Source of the DNA: Marsupella aquatica
Lineage: Eukaryota; Plantae; Marchantiophyta
Assembly (NCBI GenBank): GCA_973895155.1
Contig: OZ316893.1
Location: 6,271,239 to 6,335,238 of the forward strand
Length of the DNA: 64,000 bases
Direction: 5' to 3'
Shown here: one piece after another, positions 24,295-35,429 of the stretch
How the letters are laid out: every line of letters starts with the position of its first letter
Numbering within the stretch: the stretch's first letter is position 1
Notes under the pieces: model-generated
Databases searched by the model: none
The model's input: only the letters and a program-made list of their open reading frames with translations
Told to the model about the DNA's origin: nothing
Position numbers and translations under genes: made by a program

Positions 24295-25830
24295 AGTAGT
24301 TGAATGCGAGATCGGATACGCGGTATCCCACTTCGCATCCAAAATCAACAACTGCCGAGAGTCTGATGCAAAGAATGAAAAATAGGGAGTTGAATGCGAA
24401 ATGGGATACGCGGTATCCCACATCGCATCCAACATCAACAATTGCCTCGAGTCTGATACAAAACACGAAAAATAGGGAATTGAATTCGAAATGGGATACG
24501 AGGTATCCCACTTCGCATCCAACATCAACAATTGCCTAGTCTGATGCAAAGAACAAAAAATAGAAAGTTGAATGCGAAATGAGATACGGGGTATCCCGGT
24601 TCGTATCCAACATCATCCAATGCGGCTCTTTTTGCAATGATCCTCCGCAAAGGCGCTAAACCCTAAACATCAGGAATTTCTAGTACTCTGCAATAAAAGA
24701 CCAGAGAGATGTAGTTGAATCCGAAATGGGATACGCGGTATCCCATTTCATATTCAAAGTCAACAAACAGCCAGGAGGTTCCGATGGAATACTAAAAAGA
24801 GGGTGTTGGATGCAAGATGGGATACGCGGTATCCCATCTCATATTCAACATTGAAAAGTGTTGTTCCCATTTCGTATTCAAAGTCAACAAACAGCCAAGA
24901 GGTTCCGATGGAATACTAAAAAGAGGGTGTTGGATGCGAGATGGGATACGCGGTATCCCATCTCATATTCAACATTGAAAAGTTCTGTTCCCATTTTGTA
25001 TTCAAAGTCAACAAACAGCCAAGAGGTTCCGATGGAATACTAAAAAGAGGGTGTTGGATGCGAGATGGGATACGCGGTGGCCTCATTCACAATTGGAGGA
25101 CCCAAAAGGAACGTTACACTCAATAATGACCATAGTTTATTATGCTTTAGGATATCATTTGTAGGGTGTAATGAGATGATATAGAAAATTTGATGTACTA
25201 TACTTAATAAACATCATGTAGGTTGATAACATTCATTAAACTATCTAGCATTTGAGACTTTGAAGCTTTCCTTATATGTCCTTCAAAGATTGATAAAAGG
25301 ACTTGTCACGCAACGGGTCACATCATTTCAGGACTCGAAAGGACTCTAAAAAATGCATTTTAGACAATGAAATTTTATCAAAGCATGCATACTAATAGCA
25401 TAATCTTATATTTCAAAACTTAAATATTGACACACACTAAACCTTTATGTACAGGACAAAAATAATCAGTAATTTTGGCTTATTTAGGGCCATCAATAAT
25501 AGGATCCCTTAAACAGTTGAAAACTTGATTTATCTACATGGTGAGGTAGGTTACACCATGTAAAATAGTCTTGTGAAAAAATTAAACTTAAATGTCTTGA
25601 GATAAAATCACGATGAAGCTTTTTTGATGTTATGAAAGTCATTTTTCACTAAAAAAGCATGTTTTTGAGTCCTAAAAGTGGTTCCTGTGAGGTACACCCA
25701 ATTGTGAATGAGGCCCGGTATCCCATCTCATATTCAACATTGAAAAGTTCTGTTCTTCGAACAGAAGTGCAAAGAATAGAGTTGAATGCAAAGGAGGATA
25801 TGGCGTATCCCACTCAGGATTCAACAATGA
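24295..25830. repeat. Palindrome arrays (about 90-bp and 124-bp periods) in the predicted 5'UTR intron of the cargo gene
   Basis: TTGAATGCGAAATGGGATACGCGGTATCCCAC(T/A)TCGCATCCAA-type units at about 24310, 24401, 24491, 24579, 24727, 24818, 24941 and 25066. Minus-strand GT donor at 25867 and AG acceptor at 24254. Confidence 0.8.
25079..25715. mobile_element. MITE with GGCCTCATTCACAATTGG TIRs, copy 2
   Basis: Closely similar to 22915-23552; TSD CGGT at 25075-25078 and 25716-25719; inserted into the centre of a TGGGATACGCGGTATCCCA palindrome. Confidence 0.9.
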
Positions 25831-25995
25831 AGTGCGCCAAGGAGGGGAGAGTTTCTTGAGGTTTTACCTGGTTTTTTTGTTTTGATTCGAGCAAATACGA
25901 AAAGCTATAGAGATGTTGCGGCCCAAGAAAAACGCAGAGGCAAACGAAGTTGAGAAGGAAAAGAAATGAGCGTGCACTTTCTGACCAGGCACTGC

Positions 25996-26003
25996 TATTT
26001 ATA
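25996..26003 (-). promoter_or_regulatory. Putative TATA box of the ParB-MTase-Ulp1 gene
   Basis: TATAAATA on the minus strand, about 130 bp upstream of the predicted first splice donor (25867). Confidence 0.4.
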
Positions 26004-26194
26004 CTTTATCACCTTTGTATACACAGGCGATAAGGTGAATCCAAAAGCGGAGGGTTGGAGTCCGAAGGTTTATTTATACTTTTTTTGCTTGAGAGGACTT
26101 GAGAGGCATATCCCCACGTCCCTGGATTAAACCAAATAGATTTTACGCTTAGCGAATGGGGTTGATGTAAGGGTAGAATCACAAAACTCTTTAT

Positions 26195-26764
26195 TCATCC
26201 GGAATTGTGCCAGAAAATAAAGCTCTCAGCTTCCCCATACATTTCCAAGAGCCTTGCTTGCTGATCTTTCTCAAGATTGTGCCAATCTTCTTGAAATCGA
26301 TTTAGGTCAGACCTTGAAAATAAACCTAAGAAATCGATTGGAGGAAGATTCGGTGTTTCCATCCTAACAAAAGCTTCAATATGAACATTCAGAAGGGGTT
26401 TTCCATCGGGAATGATTGTCAGCATTTCATTTACTTCCTCAAACTAGCTTCTTGCTAGTCTAAGAATACCCCAGACTCGTGTACAAATTATGAGCTAGTT
26501 CCATTTCTTGGAGGTGCATCCAAGCCACACCATTGTTTTTAATCGCATCAATCTTTCATCAGCTTGGTTCTTGGAGGAATCAAATTCATCCTCTATACAA
26601 CAAACTTTCAAAATGGGCCAAATGAACGTTTCAACAATCTCATCAGGAAGTCCATCCAAAAGCAATCCGGATTCCCTTTGGCCACTTTTCTGCTGAATTT
26701 GTTTCTTCTCTTTGTCGAATGACATTGCTAACCTTGTAAAGACAGGGTTCTCAGTGACGGCCAT
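26195..26764 (-). pseudogene. F-box-like protein (Sola cargo) with in-frame stops
   Basis: LLDGLPDEIVETFIWPIL followed by LGCTSKKWN resembles an F-box. ORFs 26495-26812 and 26195-26425 are in the same frame, separated by two TAG codons. Confidence 0.5.
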
Positions 26765-26940
26765 TCCAAAATAAGAGTGGATACCTGGAGTAATAAATGA
26801 GATGGTGAGCACTTTCTCAGCAACCTACAAAACAGTGATAGAAAAACTGATTTTATTTCTTTGATCAAAAGAAAAATATATTCTCAAAAGTTTTGACCCA
26901 AGAACATTCACCTGAACACTTACACACTAATCAAGAAGAT

Positions 26941-27267
26941 TCAACGCAATAAGTTAACCCAAGGATCTTCGTTCCAAATCCGACAACACAAATATGCTAA
27001 TCGATGATATTTGTTTCGGGCATCACGACAATAATTACAAGAAGAATTAACAGAGTGCAAACAACCACTCAAACATATCCTCGACCGAATCGGAACTCCG
27101 TCTTCATTTTTTTCACAAAACTCTATTCGGAGTGGATTCAAACTATCATGTGGATCCACGCCTTCCGTCCATAGCGCTCCTAATCCAGGACGGAGAACTT
27201 TGAGTGCAACTAATCGCTTATACAATCGATGAGCACGTTTCTCAAGGTTTTGATTCTGGACTGCCAT
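26941..27267 (-). CDS. Small Cys-rich hypothetical protein (Sola cargo)
   Basis: Open frame MAVQNQN..CLSGCLHSVNSSCNYC..LCCRIW, downstream of a minus-strand TATA (28051-28058) and a palindrome-containing predicted intron. Confidence 0.4.
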   Translation of the reverse strand: MAVQNQNLEKRAHRLYKRLVALKVLRPGLGALWTEGVDPHDSLNPLRIEFCEKNEDGVPIRSRICLSGCLHSVNSSCNYCRDARNKYHRLAYLCCRIWNEDPWVNLLR

Positions 27268-27424
27268 TAGACTCACAAGAGAAAACGTCGTTTTCCCAGG
27301 AAAGCAAAAGCTTGAGTCACTGAAAGGCAGCAAGAGCTTCAGTGCGTGTTTAGTTGAACTTCGCCTGCGAAACAATCAGCAATCCATAAGATTTTTCCCA
27401 TGCCAAGAAAACTCTAGGGAGATA

Positions 27425-27905
27425 CCACATGGGATACGCCGTATCCCACTTCGCATCCAACCTCCTTTTTTAGCTAAAGAGAAACCAAATCTGAACATTT
27501 GAAGGTTGAATCCCAAACGGGATACGCCGTATCCCATTTCGCATTCAACGTTGAGGTTTTGCAATTTGGAGACTATGATACTTATTATTCGGAGGTTGGA
27601 TGCGATATGGGATACCCCGTATCCCACTTCGCGTCCAACATCCTTTTTAAACTGAAGAGAAACAAAAACTGGACATTTGAAGGGCAAATCCCAAACTGGA
27701 TACGCCGTATCCCATTTCACATTCAACGTTGAGGTTTTGATAGTTGGAGGCTAAGATACTTCATATTCGGAGGTTGGATGCGATATGGGATACCCCGTAT
27801 CCCACTTCGCATCCAACCTCCTTTTTCAACTAAACAGAAACAAAAATTGGACATTTGAAGGTTGAATCCCAAAGGGGATACGCCGTATCCCATTTGGGAT
27901 TCGTC
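27425..27905. repeat. Palindrome array with 89-bp period (178-bp dimer)
   Basis: GGGATACNNNGTATCCCA cores at about 27430, 27519, 27608, 27697, 27786 and 27875, with two alternating spacer types. Confidence 0.85.
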
Positions 27906-28411
27906 CTCGCCATTTGCATGAAGATTCTCACCTGTTAGTCAAATCTGATTTTCGGGGAATACGAGTTTGTATAGACGGTGGGCATTCGTCGAGAGGAAGA
28001 GGATAGACAGCGAGAAGAAATGAGCGGAAAATTTTTAAGCGGGGATCTCCTATTTATAGTTTTCTCCCTGACCGTGGTTAGTATTTGACTACAGTTGCAG
28101 CGCAGTCGGTTAAATATTACCGTTGAGAAGAATTATTTGGGAATATTCTTAACGGGTAAAACAATATCGGCACTTTTTTAGCGTTTGTTTTTGTTTTTTT
28201 TGGAATTCCACGGTTGGATCCGAAATGGGATACGCCGTATCCCATCTTCGTATTCACTTCGATTTTTCCCATTTTTTGAAACCAAAAAACTAGTTTTTAG
28301 GGGGAATACTAATTCCGTATCCAGGACTTTTTTGCCTTAGAAATTTTTTTCGCAGCGGGCAAAATGAGAAGTGTGGTCACACTTCTCGTTTGGTCCGTCA
28401 CTTTGTTGAAG

Positions 28412-29654
28412 ACTGTTTTTAAGAAGATGTTGATCGACTTGCATGACAATGGGTTTCCCAAGTTTGTCACAACAGGCGATAACCTTGGCAAAAGGTTCCA
28501 GCATTTCTTAAAGAAATATAAAGAGACATTGGCGATGAAACGGGACTCGGGTGCTGGGCTCGCAGACGCTGAGTTGAGACAGGGTCTTACATTAGCAGAG
28601 AAGTATGAGAAAATATGCCCCCATTTTGAGCGTATGCACGCGATTTATGGGGAGAGAGCAAACATTTCTCCTCCTAGCACAGTCGCTGTTGGTTTGCCTG
28701 GCCATCAAGAATTATACATCGATGTTGGTTCTGACGAAGATGAGGTGTCAGAATCCCAATTCCCATTCCCAGAGGACCCCCGTGACGACCCCATCTACCA
28801 CAAAGTTGGTAAGGACAAGTCATTACGCCTCGGATGACTCTAAGCCCTGCTGATGCAACATTTTTTGAATTTGTGGCATTGCATAGTCTTTATAATCTCC
28901 ACACCACTACACATAGTTAAATTATGCGCTTACTTAGGACATTTTGATGCAGGTGACTCTGAATTTCAGTTTGCCTAGAGTAATACAGACGAGGACCATG
29001 ACACGAATCGCCCTCCTACTATCGGAAACAGCTCCGCTGATGAATCGCTGCCTCATCGAGCACCCGAGCCCCAATCCCAGCCTCAATCGAGCATACCCAC
29101 TGTTGAAGAGCCCACGTCAGCTCCAACATCTTTCCCGACATCAGGAGCTCCACGTTCTCAAGGTCAAAGCAGAGGTACTTCACAAACTCACCCAACAGTG
29201 ACACAAGAACTAGGTACTCAACGGCCATGACAGGGCAAGAGGCCATCATCAACTCAAGGCACATCTAGGCCCAATTTGGCTGAGGTCTGTGTAGAGAAAT
29301 TAGAAGAGAAGAATGCTTTTAGAATTCAAATGATCGATGCAAAGGATAGATGGAGAGCACAAGAATTAGCTGACAGGAAGGAAGCGAGACTAGCAGATGC
29401 ATTAAGAGAGAAGGTCATTCAAGATGCCTAATGTGCACACCTGGACAAAAGAGAACGCCTTCAGCGTAGACAAGAAGACAAGAGGGCTATATAGAACCGA
29501 GCTCAAACATCAGCTCGCTATTATCAAAGCTCAACAAGCCACTGTGCTGCTCACGGAAGTTCTTAAGCGAAACCTGTCTCCACAACATTTCAGGGAAATG
29601 ATGAATATTATAGATTCAGGGACTTCGTATGTCCCTGATTCGGTTAGCCCATAG
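28412..29654 (+). pseudogene. Harbinger Myb/SANT-like protein, 3' part
   Basis: TVFKKML..LGKRFQHFLKKYKET..DSGAGL..EKICPHFERMHAIYGERANISPP, typical of Harbinger second-ORF proteins. It is followed by low-complexity and coiled-coil exons ending at 29654. Confidence 0.7.
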
Positions 29655-30264
29655 GTGAAGCTAGCACGTTAAAACACGAGTTGCGTATATGTATTGTGTG
29701 CCTTGCACACACATTTTGCCCAATAAAAATGTTCATGCTTTGGTTATTAATGTCCGTTGTGTTCTGTATTTGTCTCCATGTTGTAGTAGGCAGAATCAAT
29801 TATTGGGTGTTACAGGGAGTTTTATCCATGAGCCTAGCTGGTAATGCGTAACCCCCTAAACACGAGTACAGAGTGCATCAAATTTACAAGTCTCATATGC
29901 CATTCCTCCACAAAATCATGGACGATACCCAACCCGCAAACTTCAAGTCCAGGAACACTGAAAACCATTTCATTATGCTAGTGGCACAAACGCCATCGGG
30001 TACAACGCAAAAAAGCGCAACTGCCTACACTGCAAGATGGTGCAGAACCTCACTGAAAACACTGCGAAGCAAAAAGTAAGGACTGTCGGCCCAAAATGTC
30101 CAGCCATAATGTCCAATTCAAATGGACACCTATGATTCTATCGAGGTGCAACACTACGCCCTCCAAATACCAAACTTAGCTTTCGGCCTGTTCCGAATGG
30201 AGAGTCAGGAACTCGATCCACAAACCTCTATGCCACTAAGTATGCACACCGACTACTACTCGCA

Positions 30265-30651
30265 CTAGGTAGCTTGAGTCGGTAATGCAAGATTGACTCC
30301 CTCGCAAAGTGGCACAGATGACACCTCTATGCTTTCCATGTCCCTAGTTGGAGGTGTTGCTGTTGTGACACAGTTGCTTGCGCCCTCATCAAAGTCTGCA
30401 ACATTTATCATTGGGAGATCAGGGATGGGGATCTGCCAATAAGGCACCCAATCTTCCCTCCCAAAAATTACTGCCTCGGAGTACATTAGGGCTCGCCTCG
30501 CCTCAACTTCCAGGACTTGCACACCTGGCCAAGCAGCATCAAAATTGTCGATCCAACCAAACAGCCTCTGGAACGAAGCACGTACGAGGCCCCTCTGGCC
30601 AGCTCGGAAATGCCCTAATTGCAATCCACATTGTGGATTCAGTCGAGCCAC
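30265..30651 (-). CDS. Hypothetical ORF inside the Harbinger element
   Basis: 128-aa ATG-initiated ORF just downstream of an AT-rich promoter-like block; no recognisable domain. Confidence 0.25.
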   Translation of the reverse strand: MARLNPQCGLQLGHFRAGQRGLVRASFQRLFGWIDNFDAAWPGVQVLEVEARRALMYSEAVIFGREDWVPYWQIPIPDLPMINVADFDEGASNCVTTATPPTRDMESIEVSSVPLCEGVNLALPTQAT

Positions 30652-31294
30652 GCCCTACAAGCCACAGCCCCAGGGTCCTCACTTCTTTTCTTCCGACCCA
30701 TCACGCGCGAATAAGTATAGGGTTTATTATTGGGTTTAGTGAAATACTTTTTAATTTTTGTTGAAGAACATTAGGGTTATTTTAATCCAATTTTGAGAAT
30801 TATAAGAATCGTAGGGTTTTTTAAAATCAAATATGGGAATATTCTTGGAATATTCCATTAAGTTAGGGGTAAAAGAATTCCTAAAAAAAACTTTATTGAC
30901 TTAACTTTTAGGGTGTTTATTCCCCCAAAACTTTGAGCGTGATATGGGACACCCCTTGGATTGAGGCCCCCGAGGCCACAGCCGAGAGTTCTCCATTGTC
31001 GAGACTTTTGTCAAAGCTTTGCCTACTTCACAAACTGCAAATAAAAATGTAAATATGTAGACCCTAAACAGAACGTAGAGTCATTTACCCAAAGCATGGC
31101 GGTAGCTGGGCTCACATGAATTGCAAATGCCCACTGCCCCGACCTTACGTAGTCGGTACCATGTACACGTACCGATGCAAAGCCCATTAAGTGTCAAAGC
31201 ACCGGATTGCAAACTGTCACAAGTCGCACATGACTACCTCTGCGAAGTGACCATCTTCATGTCACTGACTCAAGGCTGGTCCATAAAAATTGTC

Positions 31295-32795
31295 CTAGGC
31301 CCTATTAAATTGTAGGGCATAATCCATGACCTGCAATAGAAGGGCATTTCCGGCTTGTGATGTTTCCCACCTTGATGCCCTCTGTTGACCTTCATACTCA
31401 GTTTGGTCAGCGGCCACCGATGAGTCCTGGTTCTCCAGCTGGTCTTCTTCGGTCCACTCATAATTCTCATTGATAACATAGTTGTGAAGCTTACAACAAA
31501 GGCTAATCCATCTCACCATCCAAACCGAATCTTTTTTTTCATTCAGCTGCACCCTCACCTCTTTCAGTGAATGCCAACGTGACTTCAGGACTCCAATACA
31601 ATGCTCATTTGTGACACGACATTTAGCCACACAAGTATTGAAGTCCTCCCTGTTGTCTGAAATATCTGCACGTTTGAAGGAACATACTAAATGGGGACAA
31701 ACTTGATAGCCAGAGTCGCCCAATAAGTACTGCCCTTCCTGGAACAATACATTTACACCCACTTGATTACAATAGGCCCACAATGGAGACCTCCTTAGGC
31801 TTGTCAGGTCACCACACGACCCTGGCATTCCTGAAGGCATTCAAACAGAATGGTCAGGGAGTCCTCACATTCACAGTTCGCATCACAATGTACATTTAAA
31901 TTGGAGTATGGCAACATAAATTAAATTACCTGAGAACATGAACAAAATCTTCCGCCTGTGGTCACACACAACCTGAGTGTTTATAGAGTAGCGACTCTTT
32001 CTATCATAATAGCATTCTCCATCTTGCTTTGGCCACTGTGTCAATGGCATGAGGGACCCATCAATGAGCCCTACACATCATGGGAAGCCATGAGATGCAA
32101 AAGCTTCTGAAATTTGTGCTCTCTCACTGATGTCTGGCCAAGTAATTTGGTCAGACAACACTACCTCTAGGGCAACAAAACAACGCTTGCTAAAATTCAC
32201 TAGAGAGCCACAACTAACTCCCCAAGTAGGAATCAAATGGTTTATACAGGCCCCATTACCATCATGACCTAGCTAGTATGTCAAGACATACTGCTAACTG
32301 GGTAATGATGGGGGCTTGCCCATAGTTGGAATGGTTCTCAAAAATGGGATGAGATTCAATCTTATCTACCAGGCCAAAGAAAGTGTGCTTGTCCATTCTG
32401 GTAAGTTGTCTGAAAAGTGTAACAGGCAAGTTGTGGAAGTATTGGGTGACAAAGTCATCTGACTTACTAGTCACATGCCTTGAGACAAAGAACCTCGTGT
32501 TGTACAACAAAAAGTATAGTTCAAATAGTGAAGTAGGAACTTTGTTCTCCTCAACAAGGTCTGACTTCTGTGAGTTTTCAGACTTCTCTAAGTCTGAAGT
32601 AGAGTCCATATGGAATGACGTGTTCGAGTCTGATAAAATGGCAACATTGCCCTGATCCTTTGCCTCCAAGTAACCCACTGATAGGTCAAGTGAGTCTGCA
32701 TCAGATGAAGAGTCAGAGGACTCCAAAGCAATGTATAGTTGAAGTTCATGCCTGGCTTCCCTCAACTGTTTCTGGCGCTGTGAAACACGAGGCAT
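31295..32795 (-). pseudogene. PIF/Harbinger (HARBI1-like, DDE_Tnp_4) transposase
   Basis: FRQLTRMDKHTF..QLAVCL; GFP*CVGLIDGS (D1); YYDRKSRYSINTQVVCD; intron at about 31832-31929; GMPGSCGD; YLLGDSGY (D2); FNTCVAKCRVTNEHCIGVLKSRW (E); CCKLHNY. Contains a premature stop and a frameshift. Confidence 0.9.
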
Positions 32796-33053
32796 GATAA
32801 GCGATGTATGGTTCTGGAAAAAGGTACAAGCCAAAGAAATCCATGTTCAGAGTCACACTAGTACACTCATTGCACAATTCCCATAAATACAAAGTCAACT
32901 TCAATATACAGAAGGCGAATTCATAAAATAGACATTTACAGTAGAAAAATGAAAAATCCTATGCCAAGAGATGACAAAATACTGGCAAAGGTATGCATTA
33001 CTCAGTTACAAACCCAACAGTATCTGTGAATACATATCACAGTCATAAGGACC

Positions 33054-33711
33054 CTAGTCTATAAGGTCAGTGTCCTGAAGAGCCAGTATCAAATCAGCCA
33101 GAATTTTTTTGGCACTCTTTGGCTTTGTGGGTGTGCCTTCGACTTGTACAGCCTGTTTGATTGGTGTACTCTGGCTTGGAGAATTTGCTACAGTACTGCT
33201 ACGTAAATGTAGGGAAGGATTACTTGTACCAGCTAAGTCCATAAATGCCAGGCGATCGATGTGTAGCTCCAGGTCTTTCACAGAAAGCCAGACACGCAAT
33301 TTGTGACATTTCTGCATGATGTTTTGAACAGTGACTAATTGCTCATTCTCATCTAAAAGGCTGAACGCCCTTGGCTGCAAATTGAGGAGCACAAATGCCT
33401 GATCCTAGATGAGAGCTTTGAGTGGGGGTGTGCCACCATTCACAACAAATGAGTTGGAATCGATACTTGGGCTCTCCAGGGGTGGAATGCCCACATTTCC
33501 GACCAAACTCCAGAGACTTCTTACAAAGAACGCCTGGCTCGAGGGGCTCAGTACATGCAGAGTAGGTAAAACGCCTTGGAAAATGATTTCTGGCGACGTA
33601 GTTCCCTGCCCAGACTAGAGAGGGTGGGAAGGACTCAATTTTTCCAGCCAGTCTAGCATCCTCCACAACCGCAAGGGGTGTCCAGTCCCCCATGGCCTGG
33701 AATGCCACCAA
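33054..33711 (-). pseudogene. RPA70 C-terminal-like Zn-binding OB-fold fragment (Harbinger cargo)
   Basis: FTYSAC..CKKSL..KCGH..PKYRFQL, then after a frameshift LKALI*DQAFVLLNL. This resembles the Y.AC..CxKK..C..RY.L..FD.A..LLG pattern. Confidence 0.45.
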
Positions 33712-35429
33712 GACACAAACATTTCAAGCATTTGAGGACGCAGTAAAAATTTGAATCACATGAAAAGCAACCAGGCGCAAAATGTTCATGGCCATAGAGC
33801 ACCTTACAGATCTTCTCAATGCGCGAAGCAATTCACACCGTAAAGCGCCTGCTACAGTTTGCTGAAGCTGTTGCGTCTCGACTCCCCGATCACAGCAAAG
33901 CTCACAAAGCTGCTCCTAATTGATCGCGTCGTCCGTTGCTAGCCCTCTTTGCTCGATGCTGCTGTCTCATCGCGATGTAGAGCTCGACGTCTTTCCCCCC
34001 GAGCCGTTGCGTGGCTCATCCAACTTTCACCCTGCACCCTATGTTAACCTGGGTTAAGCGTGGTTCGGTCCCCGATATGGTCCTTATTCCCGGGCGTGAC
34101 TGGTCGGGTTGCACAAACGGTGCCTGACCAGTCTCGCCCGTTGCCCCGACCCGCAACGCTCCCGGGTGTTGTCCCGCACGGGAAAAGCCCATATTTGAGA
34201 CGCCCTAGTATATCCCTCTTCGCAGTGAGTGCCAATGTGCTTCTGCAGCGGCTCACCCGACTAGAAGAGATTCCAGTCCGACTTGCTAATGGAGTTTTGA
34301 CATGTGAGCCATTAGCTTGTACCACATTTGCTAGGTTTAACAAGTACCTCCGTCCATTTGTGTCAGTTTGGGTTACTCTTCCTCGGTTGTTACTGGTTTC
34401 CCTTTGCTCACTTCTTTCATGTTTAATTTTTGTCAGCTTTGGACCTCTTTTGTTTGTTCTTTGTAGTCTGATTGACACTTTTTGTAAAAAGTTTGTATTT
34501 CTCCCAAAATTTAGTCACAATGTAACATAGAATTTTCTTAATTAATCCATATATTTTTATGTATGGTCAATCAAAGAGAAATGATCCTCATCAGATGAGT
34601 GACCAAACGACCCTACTAAAGGGGTCTCCAGTGTTTTCTTTCGTACAGTCCTTGTATTTTGCAAGCCTGCCCTTGTTAATTAGGGCAATGTTCTTCAGAG
34701 TCTTGCAGGGTTGAGGCATGGTATGGAGTAAGCTTTAGAGCCAACTTGCATTTGAGTCTTGGAGACATCAGCACGCCCTCCCTGATCTGACAGGAAAAGC
34801 AGATCCAACTTTTTCATAATATTGAAGTTTCTCACAAGACCTTGCCAAGCAGTTTTTGTTTTATTGTAAGGGACCACAAGGGCTGGAAAGTTTGCTGCAC
34901 TTCCCCTTGGTTCTCCACTATATATCTATACACTATCAAACCTGACTAGGAGCTTGAGACATAAAATTATCTGTTAATGTTTGGATATCATCCCTCAAGT
35001 TGAAGGCCTGAAAGGCCCACATGCAAGCATACTCCACTTGGACTTTCATTTCTACTAGCCCTGATTACCCGTTGTTTAAACATGAATAACGAAGAGTCAG
35101 GACAATAAAAGTGTTGTCAACATATATTCTCTATTCATATTCTTTGAAGGTTCATGAAATGGAAAAAAACTCATCATTTTAATAGTCATATATAATATAT
35201 ACCATCCCTCTTTCTATGCACATCTGTTGTGGTGGGGCCTATGTAGTGCCCATTTTTTGAATATAAATACTTAGAAATTATCACAAAAAAATTGCATGCA
35301 CAAATTGACATACATCATAGTCATGAGTTTTTCCCATGCCCATGATGGCCATGGAGTGACGGTCTAGAGACTTCACTCTAGACCTAGGCTCTTAAAAGTA
35401 GTCTTCAGTTTGACATTTTTATAGTAAGA

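Larger units (their letters stand above)
7732..28407. mobile_element. Sola-like (Sola1-type) DNA transposon, 20.7 kb including nested insertions
   Basis: Left TIR AACACAGTGACGGACCAAACGAGAAGT (from 7732); right end ACTTCTCGTTTGGTCCGTCACTTTGTT (28381-28407), one mismatch. 4-bp TSD GAAG at 7728-7731 and 28408-28411. Excision restores the host reading frame. The superfamily call rests on transposase motifs and the 4-bp TSD. Confidence 0.85.
7092..34206. mobile_element. PIF/Harbinger DNA transposon, 27.1 kb including nested insertions
   Basis: Left end AGAGCGTCTCAAATATGG (from 7092) matches the reverse complement of the right end CCATATTTGAGACGCCCT (to 34206) at 17/18 bases. Both ends are flanked by AGT (7089-7091 and 34207-34209); a TA duplication with ends 7093/34205 is the alternative reading. 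It contains a Harbinger DDE transposase and a Myb-like partner gene. Confidence 0.85.

Noticed and set aside
16555-27905. Regularly spaced palindromic repeats resembling a CRISPR array
   Set aside because: Spacers within each cluster are copies of one another, there are no cas genes, and the context is eukaryotic.
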